Of a DNA stretch of 10,947 nt, positions 1 through 7,538 are shown in pieces. Position numbers and translations under genes: made by a program. Source of the DNA: an uncultured archaeon (GTDB taxonomy: Archaea; Asgardarchaeota; Thorarchaeia; Thorarchaeales; Thorarchaeaceae); NCBI GenBank assembly GCA_964354495.1, contig CAYHAA010000034.1, forward strand, positions 1 through 10,947, given 5' to 3'. How positions within the stretch are numbered: the first letter of the stretch is position 1; each line of letters opens with the position of its first letter. The notes under the pieces are model-generated. The model saw nothing but the letters and a program-made list of their open reading frames with translations. It had not been told where the DNA came from and searched no databases.

Positions 1-1091
1 TGGACAAGCATGATCGGAGGAACGACCGTGCTGTTCGAGATGAGCGAGGCTGCAGAGAGCTTCTTGTACTGCTCCTCAATTGGCAGGCCTCCCTCAACGA
101 AGGTGTCAAAGAACCCAGTCCCATCTCTTGTGATGTTTGTCACCGGATAGATCCAGATGCCGCCTCTGATGGTCATATTGGTGGAGAAGTTCCCTGCAAA
201 TAGCGGGTTCCTGTAGCCAAGCGTCACGAGTGAGGCGAGATTCCCTCCTGCTGACCTCCCTACAACGAAGACATTGTCCATGTCTGCTCTGTATCGCGAG
301 CTGTTGAGTTCAAGCGCCTTCGTGAAATGACCCACGTTCTCAATCTGGTCTTCAATGTTGTAACTGCCATTGTATGGGAACGAGACGAGTGATGTAAACG
401 TGGAGAAGACGCCGAATGAACCGCCAGGTAGAGTCGAGACATCGAGGAGACCATACTGAATATCGAACACTGCGTAGCCCCTCGATGCGAAGTACTGATT
501 GAAGAGCGGGATGTTCATGCTCCCCTTGTTGCCAAGAACCCATGCGCCGCCATGGATCACTATGATGACCGGGAATGGTCCATCACCCGCCGGACAATAC
601 CAGTCAAAGAAGAACGTGTCCTGCCCATTATTGAGATAGGGGATGTTGTACTCCACGCTGAACATTGTCTCATCAATGGGCATCCCGAACAGACTGTCAA
701 AGACCGAGTAGGCTGCAGGTCTCATCCCTGAGGTATCGAGGTCGGTGTATTGTGTTCCATAGACCGACAGCATCTGGCTCTCCGCCTCGGCAATAGCAAA
801 TGGTATCGATGGATAGGGAATGATTGCACCGATGAAGATGAATGTACAGATCCCAGTCACTATCAACATCCCTCTCCGCTTCCCCATGAATGAGAAACGG
901 ATGATGCTCACTCCGCTTGTCAGGACGAGGAGGAAGAGGAGCGGTGCAACGCTGGGATAGACGAAGGTAACGATCCAGCCTAGTGTTGAGGAGTCAAAGA
1001 AGAGGTAGAGGATGGTGACAAGTCCGAACAGCCCAATACAGACATAGCATAGAAGAAGTATGATATATCGAAGTATCCGCCAGGGTTTCAT
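1..1091 (-). CDS. Membrane-anchored alpha/beta hydrolase (HSL-like esterase/lipase, Abhydrolase_3/BD-FAE type), running off the left edge
   Basis: Hand translation from ATG at 1091 (MKPWRILRYIILLLCYVCIGLFGLV...) is open for 363 codons to the window edge. It has about 3 N-terminal hydrophobic helices, an oxyanion motif HGGAW (540-554), a nucleophile elbow GRSAG (246-260), and ends ...PPIMLVH. An AGGAG SD-like motif lies upstream. It is absent from the ORF track because no stop falls inside the window. Confidence 0.92.
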   Translation of the reverse strand, partial: MKPWRILRYIILLLCYVCIGLFGLVTILYLFFDSSTLGWIVTFVYPSVAPLLFLLVLTSGVSIIRFSFMGKRRGMLIVTGICTFIFIGAIIPYPSIPFAIAEAESQMLSVYGTQYTDLDTSGMRPAAYSVFDSLFGMPIDETMFSVEYNIPYLNNGQDTFFFDWYCPAGDGPFPVIIVIHGGAWVLGNKGSMNIPLFNQYFASRGYAVFDIQYGLLDVSTLPGGSFGVFSTFTSLVSFPYNGSYNIEDQIENVGHFTKALELNSSRYRADMDNVFVVGRSAGGNLASLVTLGYRNPLFAGNFSTNMTIRGGIWIYPVTNITRDGTGFFDTFVEGGLPIEEQYKKLSAASLISNSTVVPPIMLV

Positions 1092-1159
1092 ATCTATCTC
1101 CTATCAGTCGTGCTCGCGGTGTAGGGTCCCTCAATATTAATGCTTATTGTGATGCTCAA

Positions 1160-1204
1160 GAAGGGAAGACATTCAGGTCTGAATATCTCCCGTGCTATGA
1201 CTGT
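1160..1204 (-). repeat. R1: degenerate copy of the ACAD 3' end (putative att-like remnant)
   Basis: Minus frame reads TVIAREIFRPECLPF vs ACAD IVMGREIFGPEYLPY. 28/39 nt identical ungapped (1163-1201 vs 9693-9731). Confidence 0.8.
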
Positions 1205-1404
1205 CTCTTGCCCAACAGGATATGTGCTTCTAAGGTATTGTCTTTCATAGGGGCATGCAAATGCGTAGCAGAATGTGTGAGCTGACGGCTCTATTAACAC
1301 TCTGACTTTTCCAACGTTCTCTCTCTATTTCGATTTCGACTGCATCAATCTTCAGAGCCTGATGACCAAAGCGCAAAACGACTGTCACTCCAACAACATT
1401 CGGA

Positions 1405-2667
1405 CTATTCCAGCGCTATCTGCTCATATTTGGATTCGATGTTTGGATATCGGAATGTGTCGGCCCGAATTTTAACTTCTCCCTCTTCTGTAATCTCAAG
1501 AATCTCGGATCCCTCATGGAGAAGGTTGTGAATAAAATAACTAGTCGTGATTTCTGCCCATTTTCTCAGTTCTTCAGGGTGGGTAACTCTCTTGGGTGCG
1601 GTTCTTGCGAGGCCGACCCAATCATACCACCTTTCTGTCGCTTCAAAATCCCCACCATGGCGATCCGTTGAAGGGTCCCACCTCACCCCACCATATATGA
1701 CCTGAGCTTTGATCCACAACCATTTACCAGCAGACTTTATTGTTATCTTGCCAACAGGAGGATAAAACTCCGCTCTTTCATAAGGTCTTTTTTCCCAATC
1801 ACTGTCTACTTCCGTCTTCAATTGATCTATTAAGAAGTCACTCATATTCTTTACATCGATCTCCGAAGTCTCGACTTGCGCCTGCTGGTAGTCTATGATT
1901 GTTCGAAGGGGATCCTCGGAATCGACAATTGCAATCTCGCAAATCATTCCATTTTGGTCTATTGCAACAAACTCAAACATCAATGTAAATCCTATCTTGC
2001 GGAGTTGCCAACTAAGAAACTCTACTATTAGTGGTTCGATTGCCTCTGCTGGTGATTCCGTTTTAGAACTGATTGTTGGAGAGCCCTCCTTCAAATCAAT
2101 AGAAAAACCATTGTGTCTAGAACCCATTTCCACACGATAACCGAGAAATCTAGGGAATAGCGCTTGGAACTCTCTTCCCAGACGTTCGTATTCACCTGAA
2201 AAGGTGAAATCTTCGTAATCAATCAGGGCCGCATTGGGATTGTCAATAATACTATTTGCGTCCGCAATTAAGGCAATCTTGAATTGGGCCAATAACGCGT
2301 CAGTTTCTGGTCCAATTAGAAGGGCTTTAAGTTCGTAATCATCAATTTGCTCGAAAAGATTGATTATTGATTTGATTAGTTGCGTCCATTTCTTTGTGTT
2401 GAAATTATCCTCTTCAGCTTTTTCTATATATTCACCAAGAACCTCCAATTTACTCTGTATCGATTTTAATGCGTTAAGATTCACTTGACTGCTTTTTCTA
2501 TCAGCAACAGGTAGTTTAGTTAAGTCGGCAATTATCTTTTTCAACAGCTTTCCTAGCCCGTTGAACGCCTCGTGTCTAGCCTGTTTCGCTTCATCCGGAT
2601 GGATTAATTCTGCACGAACTATGTAAGGCAGTTTTTTCTCATGCATACTCAATGGCATCTCATCCAA
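1405..2667 (-). CDS. Hypothetical protein, about 420 aa, no family recognised
   Basis: Long AT-rich ORF. The annotated start is TTG; ATGs at 2658 and 2646 are alternatives. The N-terminus looks helical and the C-terminal half alpha/beta with several Trp. Confidence 0.85.
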   Translation of the reverse strand: MDEMPLSMHEKKLPYIVRAELIHPDEAKQARHEAFNGLGKLLKKIIADLTKLPVADRKSSQVNLNALKSIQSKLEVLGEYIEKAEEDNFNTKKWTQLIKSIINLFEQIDDYELKALLIGPETDALLAQFKIALIADANSIIDNPNAALIDYEDFTFSGEYERLGREFQALFPRFLGYRVEMGSRHNGFSIDLKEGSPTISSKTESPAEAIEPLIVEFLSWQLRKIGFTLMFEFVAIDQNGMICEIAIVDSEDPLRTIIDYQQAQVETSEIDVKNMSDFLIDQLKTEVDSDWEKRPYERAEFYPPVGKITIKSAGKWLWIKAQVIYGGVRWDPSTDRHGGDFEATERWYDWVGLARTAPKRVTHPEELRKWAEITTSYFIHNLLHEGSEILEITEEGEVKIRADTFRYPNIESKYEQIALE

Positions 2668-2758
2668 TTGCGATAAATCTACTCAATGCTGTATTGTTCG
2701 ATACTTCTCTTCACTTGTCTTATAGGCTGTGATTACGACTATGTTTTTCTCTCGTTTT

Positions 2759-5700
2759 CTATGAGGTGGTGCTGTAGGTCATTCTCTTTCTTAGGACAAG
2801 CATCACAACGAGTAATCCAATGAGCCCTCCGGAACTCACGAGGATCATAACCATGATACTCACTGATTGGTCTGTGGTTGATGGTGAAGTAGTTGTTGAC
2901 GTAGTGGATGTGTTTCCACTTCCTGGATAGTCCTGTGCGTCTAGTGGATTGGTTCCAGCTATTGTCTCAGCGCCATCCAGATATGTGTCATTATCGCTAT
3001 CGTCGTCTGTCGGATCTGTGCCTATCTTGACCTCGTAGGCATCGTTCAAATTATCGCAGTCAGTGTCAATACAGAGAATATCGGTTCCATAGAAAATCTC
3101 ATCGAGGTCATCCAACCCATCATAGTCTGTGTCTCCTATCGTCACTCCCAACTGATTGAGAACAGCTCGAATCTCATTGATGTCACCTATTACTGATGCG
3201 TTCAGTGTCTGTAACCACGCTGTGTTCTGAGTTACCAGTGCGGCAACAAGATCTAACTTGGTTGCATTTCCATTCATCTGGTCTATAACACTTAGCAAAA
3301 GACTTGCATTTCCTGCCATGTAGGTGAACAGAGTCTGGATAGCTGTGTGATTACCATCGAGCCATTCAATAACCTGGCTGAGATCAACAGGCTCCATGGA
3401 ATTCACTTGGTCGATGACATTCAATAAGAGGGTTTCATTCCCTGCAGACCAAGTCAGCAGATTCTGTATTAGGGTGCTATTGCCATTCAATGCACTGACA
3501 GTCTGGAAGAGAAGTGTAGCATTTCCATCAAGTTGTGTAAAGAGAGTACCAATGGCAGTATGGTTTCCATCAAGCCATACGATTACCTGCTGAAGCAGTG
3601 TTGCATTATTGTCCAGTTGTTGCATGACTATTTGTAGAAGTGAAGCATTGCCTGCAGACCAAGCCAGCAGATTCTGTATTAGGGTGCTATTGTAGTCAAG
3701 ATTCTCATAGATAGTGTCGTACCACGCTTGTGGTATTGCTGGATATGACATTGGGTCCAAGGGATTTGATCCATAGAGGATCTCATATGCATCTAGGAAA
3801 TTGTCGTTATCAGAGTCAATTCTAAATGGATTGGTCCCATATATCATACTTTCAGTCCAGTCTGGAATAGAATCCATGTCAGTATCAAAAGAGAACACTG
3901 CCACATAGAGGTCATAGTCGCCATCAATCTGTGAATCCAATGCGAATTGTGTTGGGAAGTCAGTGGATGCTGTTGCACCTGTGATATAGATATAGCCATT
4001 CTTGACTTCAATACCAAATCCATAGTCTAGATCATTCCCACCAAAGTATGAACTGGAGATGAGGAATGCTCCATCACCTGACAGAATGGTCAACGCACAA
4101 TCAGGGTTGGCAAACGTTGAATCATATGCATACATCAAAGGAAAATCGTTAGATTCTGTATAGGAGAGAACATGTGCGTATGTGTTGTATATTGCGATAT
4201 CGAATGCCTGGTCATGTCCACTTCCTCCAATGAAGGTGCTGTAAATAAGGGATTTCTCATCTTCGGAGAGCTTTGCAACAAAGACATCCCAACCTCCGTT
4301 GTACACTCCGTCGTACGCATTAGCAGTTGGAAAATTGGATGACTGGGTGCATCCTACTAGGTAGATATGCCCGTTTGAAAGTGCAAGTCCAGTTACATAG
4401 TCATTTCCTGCACCACCAAGGAAAGAACTATAGATTAGCTGCTCACCAGCTATTGACACATTAGCAATGAAGCAATCTGACCCCCCGTTGTAGGTCGAAT
4501 CGTAAGCATTCACAACAGGGAAGTTCGAGGATTCTGTATAGCCAGCTACAATTGCATGGTGATTATTTACAGTGATTGCGTGTCCTCTGTCGAATAAGCT
4601 TCCTCCAAGATATGTGCTATATGAAATACCTGAACTATGGACACACGACACAAATGCATCTGCTCCCCCATTTATTGTAGTATTCATAGCCGTAATGGAG
4701 GTAGGATAGTCTGTAGAATAGGTAAAGCCAGTTATGTACACTAGTCCGGACCCTACTGCAATTGCTTCACTCATATCAAACCCAGAACCGCCTATATATG
4801 TGGAATAATGAAGCGATTGTCCATTCCAAGCCAGGTATCCCACAAAACAATCCCGATTTCCATTGTATGTCGGGTCATAAGCGCTCACATTGGGGAAGTT
4901 AGACGATTCAGTCCATCCTGTGAAATAGACCTCTCCATTGACCACTGACAATCCAGTCCCACTGTCAGCACCATCACCACCAATGAACGTACTGTAGATA
5001 ATTGACTGTCCATTAGCTGCTAGTTTCATAATGAAGCAGTCATCGTTTGTACCATATGTCGAGTTGTAAGCATTTACAACTGGGAAATCGAATGAAGACG
5101 TTTTTCCAGTCACATAGATAAATCCATTCTCGACCTTGATATCATAACCAAAATCATTGCCAGAACCTCCAAGTAATGTTGAGTACGCGAGAACGACAGG
5201 ATCAATCACTAATTCTCTTGAATGGTCATATTCGCCTATATTGAATCCAACAGTATCGAAAGACTCACAAGAGAAGGTGCAATCTATCTCTGGATTTCTT
5301 TCTTGAAATGCTTTCAATTCTGAATCAACTAATCGCTGGTCCCCTTGTTCAATCGTTATTTGATCAACAGCGAAGTTGATACGATCTATACCAACGTATC
5401 TCATTTTGATACAATTGGAATCTGTATCAGGCGATACGATGAATTCATACTTGAGATTGGACTCCTGTATTTTGTAGACTAGGTCAATGCCTAGGTAGAT
5501 CTCACTGTACCTAAGCACTGCACAGTCATTCAGACCAGTTTTCCATTGACTACTATCTGAGCCATAGAAGTAGTTTGTCACAGAACCAGTCGGTTGTTCG
5601 CCTTCTGGTATAACATGGTTACTACCAAGAAACTCAAGAGTGAACAGCTCATTATTGACTAGATAGTATACCACAGAGGCTCCGAAATAAGCTACAACAC

Positions 5701-5995
5701 TCAAACCACGTCTACAAACGAAGTATAGGCCCTCTTCTTGAGATGCTGTGGGTGTGAAAGTCATCACATTGAGATTTTCATCACCATTATACTCAAGTTT
5801 GCTTGGTAAGTCAAGAGTTTCTGGTTCAAGACTGCTTTCGGGACTTGCCTGCAATTCTTTAACCAGAGTAACGTTTTCAGTTATGTTCGAAGAGACTATG
5901 CACAAAGGAGTCCCTATCAACATAAGAAAAATAAATGATAATGTGGCATATTGTTTCATCTGATTATCTCTTCTAAGGGGATTCATTGCTTTCAT
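2759..5995 (-). CDS. Large cell-surface protein: signal peptide, conserved N-terminal domain, 7 SBBP beta-propeller repeats, TSP3-like Ca-binding repeats, helical stalk, S/T linker, C-terminal TM anchor
   Basis: Hydrophobic N-terminus (likely start MKQY at 5959). The N-terminal domain ending LVIDP is typical of SBBP-associated proteins. Seven YST(Y/F)xGG..D repeats, two DxDxDxxxD clusters, a TSTTSTTTSPSTT linker, and a C-terminal TM followed by RKR. Confidence 0.93.
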   Translation of the reverse strand: MKAMNPLRRDNQMKQYATLSFIFLMLIGTPLCIVSSNITENVTLVKELQASPESSLEPETLDLPSKLEYNGDENLNVMTFTPTASQEEGLYFVCRRGLSVVAYFGASVVYYLVNNELFTLEFLGSNHVIPEGEQPTGSVTNYFYGSDSSQWKTGLNDCAVLRYSEIYLGIDLVYKIQESNLKYEFIVSPDTDSNCIKMRYVGIDRINFAVDQITIEQGDQRLVDSELKAFQERNPEIDCTFSCESFDTVGFNIGEYDHSRELVIDPVVLAYSTLLGGSGNDFGYDIKVENGFIYVTGKTSSFDFPVVNAYNSTYGTNDDCFIMKLAANGQSIIYSTFIGGDGADSGTGLSVVNGEVYFTGWTESSNFPNVSAYDPTYNGNRDCFVGYLAWNGQSLHYSTYIGGSGFDMSEAIAVGSGLVYITGFTYSTDYPTSITAMNTTINGGADAFVSCVHSSGISYSTYLGGSLFDRGHAITVNNHHAIVAGYTESSNFPVVNAYDSTYNGGSDCFIANVSIAGEQLIYSSFLGGAGNDYVTGLALSNGHIYLVGCTQSSNFPTANAYDGVYNGGWDVFVAKLSEDEKSLIYSTFIGGSGHDQAFDIAIYNTYAHVLSYTESNDFPLMYAYDSTFANPDCALTILSGDGAFLISSSYFGGNDLDYGFGIEVKNGYIYITGATASTDFPTQFALDSQIDGDYDLYVAVFSFDTDMDSIPDWTESMIYGTNPFRIDSDNDNFLDAYEILYGSNPLDPMSYPAIPQAWYDTIYENLDYNSTLIQNLLAWSAGNASLLQIVMQQLDNNATLLQQVIVWLDGNHTAIGTLFTQLDGNATLLFQTVSALNGNSTLIQNLLTWSAGNETLLLNVIDQVNSMEPVDLSQVIEWLDGNHTAIQTLFTYMAGNASLLLSVIDQMNGNATKLDLVAALVTQNTAWLQTLNASVIGDINEIRAVLNQLGVTIGDTDYDGLDDLDEIFYGTDILCIDTDCDNLNDAYEVKIGTDPTDDDSDNDTYLDGAETIAGTNPLDAQDYPGSGNTSTTSTTTSPSTTDQSVSIMVMILVSSGGLIGLLVVMLVLRKRMTYSTTS
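3227..3691 (-). repeat. In-frame 14-aa tandem repeat (11 units, 10 starting with N-x-S/T); includes a 42-bp near-exact DNA duplication (3441-3482 / 3651-3692)
   Basis: Units such as NSTLIQNLLAWSAG, NASLLQIVMQQLDN, NATLLQQVIVWLDG, NHTAIGTLFTQLDG; one unit is 15 aa. The 42-bp copies are 210 bp apart with 1 mismatch. Confidence 0.9.
3887..5185 (-). repeat. Seven ~63-aa SBBP beta-propeller repeats
   Basis: Repeated YSTxxGGxxxD.....V.....Y.TG.T.S.DFP...AY motif counted 7 times in the translation. Confidence 0.9.
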
Positions 5996-6130
5996 TACAT
6001 CAGTATATCAGCACTGAAGATTCCTTATCAATTGGTAGAAGCTCCCTATTACCTTTGAGATGCTATCAACACTCTTCTTTTGTAATAGCACATTGCCTCA
6101 TTCTCTCTAATGCATGTTTGGTAAAGACAA

Positions 6131-6355
6131 TCACGCTGTAACGACCTCTGCGACTAGTTCTTCATCACGAAGCTTGACCAAATGGTTGAGCTCAAGATCC
6201 CTCTTTGAAAAAGCGATAACCTCAATGCCGCAGATGTGTCCACTGGAACTATAATCAACAATAACCCCTGCTCCTATCTCGATACTCTCTACTACCTCTG
6301 CTCCTCTGAATCTGAAATAAATAGAATCTGTAACCTTATTGTATTCTACTTGCAT
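6131..6355 (-). CDS. DUF2283-family protein (putative antitoxin), no adjacent toxin
   Basis: 74 aa with the pattern YNKVTDSIYFRF...VESIE...GVIVDY...GHICGIEV. GGTGA SD-like motif just upstream. Confidence 0.85.
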   Translation of the reverse strand: MQVEYNKVTDSIYFRFRGAEVVESIEIGAGVIVDYSSSGHICGIEVIAFSKRDLELNHLVKLRDEELVAEVVTA

Positions 6356-6411
6356 TCTTATTCACCAATCATTATCCCCAACATCACCAACTGCCCTTGA
6401 TTGACCATTAT

Positions 6412-6437
6412 CAGATTTGCGCTCATTCGCCAATCTG
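6412..6437. promoter_or_regulatory. Conserved inverted repeat/hairpin in the DUF2283 leader (copy A)
   Basis: CAGATT-t-GCG-ctcatt-CGC-c-AATCTG. The sister copy at 9441-9466 shows a compensatory change. Confidence 0.55.
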
Positions 6438-6524
6438 CTCTCCTATTGTCATACTAGGAAATTGATATTGGTGGCTAAATCCAATTGGAAGAATAGGAAC
6501 ACCTTGTCTCGAATTGATCGTGAG

Positions 6525-6531
6525 AATTATA
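6525..6531 (-). promoter_or_regulatory. Possible TATA box with purine-rich upstream (BRE-like) sequence
   Basis: Minus strand AAGAGATGGAGATATAATTCTC. GATATAATTCTC is also conserved in block B (9545-9551). Confidence 0.3.
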
Positions 6532-6758
6532 TCTCCATCTCTTGTAGATGAGACAGTAGTATCCTGCATGTGCAAAGAATACCTTTGAATATGAAGAGTG
6601 AATCATGAAAGAGATGTGATTCATCTTCTTTCGTATTCAAACCTAGAGTCCCTCCATATCCGTAATTGAACCAGCCAGACTCCATGAACCCTCCAGTTAT
6701 CGAGAAATCACGTACCACCTCACACTAATCAGTCTGTCTGTTTTAGAGAAAGGCTAGG

Positions 6759-6777
6759 GAGAGGATATGAACCTCTC
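6759..6777 (-). terminator. Terminator-like hairpin just after the R2-frame stop
   Basis: GAGAGG-7nt-CCTCTC, 4 nt beyond the TAA (6782-6784) closing the R2 frame, followed by a pyrimidine-rich tract on the minus strand. Confidence 0.45.
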
Positions 6778-6796
6778 TCGATTAGGCTCTCAGAAC

Positions 6797-6862
6797 CTGC
6801 ATCTGCTTCTCTTGGCGATGCGGCGAATGATCTATTCCAAAGATCATACGAGCCATGAGGAT
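6797..6862 (-). repeat. R2: degenerate copy of the ACAD 3' end
   Basis: Minus frame ILMARMIFGIDHSPHRQEKQM vs IVMGREIFGPEYLPYRQEKQM. 41/63 nt ungapped; 6800-6819 matches 9672-9691 at 19/20. The stop position reads CAG instead of TAG. Confidence 0.85.
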
Positions 6863-6866
6863 TGCT

Positions 6867-7295
6867 TCACCTGTTGGCTGCAAACACCTGGTTTCCACGC
6901 ACCGCTCCGTGAAGGACATAGTTGATCAGACCTCCAAAAGCGAGTAGCAAAAGAAAAATAGCTAAATCCGGGCTTGACGCTCTAAAGAGAACTGTGTCGA
7001 GGTCATACTCGGTAGGAGGTATTATGTTGACGAAACTGATGATTCCCCCCGCAAGAGAACTCAGAATGAGTATCAATATCGAAAGATACCTTAGTCTTAT
7101 TGCTCCTTTTTCAGTGAGTCTTGAGTCTTTCGGAAATCCCTGGCCAGTTATTTGTTGATTCGTCTTCAACAGCCAGAGCTGCATTGACGAATACGCGAAA
7201 CCGAACAATGATAAGAACCCTACACCAGCAAGGAACCATGTCACCACAAACAGCTCGACATCACTCAACATGTGTGTAGCCTCCCACGAATCCAT
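6867..7295 (-). CDS. Hypothetical membrane protein (~3 TM helices), 142 aa
   Basis: Three hydrophobic stretches (FVVTWFLAGVGFLSLFGFAY; LSILILILSSLAGGIISFVNII; LAIFLLLLAFGGLINYVL). No family recognised. Confidence 0.75.
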   Translation of the reverse strand: MDSWEATHMLSDVELFVVTWFLAGVGFLSLFGFAYSSMQLWLLKTNQQITGQGFPKDSRLTEKGAIRLRYLSILILILSSLAGGIISFVNIIPPTEYDLDTVLFRASSPDLAIFLLLLAFGGLINYVLHGAVRGNQVFAANR

Positions 7296-7330
7296 CTTGC
7301 ATCAGAATGTGGTGTCTTTTCAATATGCCG

Positions 7331-7361
7331 AAGGAGAGAGCTAAGAAGGTCTCTCATCCTT
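7331..7361 (-). terminator. Terminator-like hairpin just after the R3 stop
   Basis: AAGGA-GAGAG-10nt-CTCTC-a-TCCTT (10 bp with one bulge), 6 nt beyond the TAG at 7368-7370. Confidence 0.5.
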
Positions 7362-7367
7362 TTGGAA

Positions 7368-7436
7368 CTACGTGTGCTTCTCATAGCGATATGGGAGACA
7401 TTCAGGTCCAAAGATCTCTCTCGCTTGGACTATTCT
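7368..7436 (-). repeat. R3: best-preserved copy of the ACAD 3' end, including the stop codon
   Basis: RIVQAREIFGPECLPYRYEKHT* vs RIVMGREIFGPEYLPYRQEKQM*: 16/22 aa and 49/69 nt, ungapped, with the stop at the same position. Confidence 0.92.
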
Positions 7437-7538
7437 CTCTACTGAACGGAATGCTAATATTCTAGGCTTAATCACCGTTGGGCAGCATCCTTGACGTGTC
7501 CAGTGGATGCGTGCTATTGAACTGGGGCGGTCATACGA

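Larger units (their letters stand above)
6202..6597 (-). repeat. Block A: ~400-bp duplicated segment (leader plus 5' part of a DUF2283 gene), homologous to 9231-9617
   Basis: 222/270 nt identical over the first 270 nt by hand alignment, with one 9-bp indel further along. Confidence 0.95.

Noticed and set aside
1211-1240. TATGTGCTTCTAAGGTATT resembling parts of R0/R3 or ACAD upstream sequence
   Set aside because: It needs indels and inconsistent offsets to align, so it is probably chance.
1094-1300. 68-aa ORF as an independent gene
   Set aside because: GTG start, no recognisable product; explained by the open frame through R1.
2690-2790. Possible further ACAD-end remnant between the SBBP gene and the 420-aa ORF
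   Set aside because: Only short gapped matches (GACTA, AGGT.GGT), no TCAGGTC core and no matching peptide frame.
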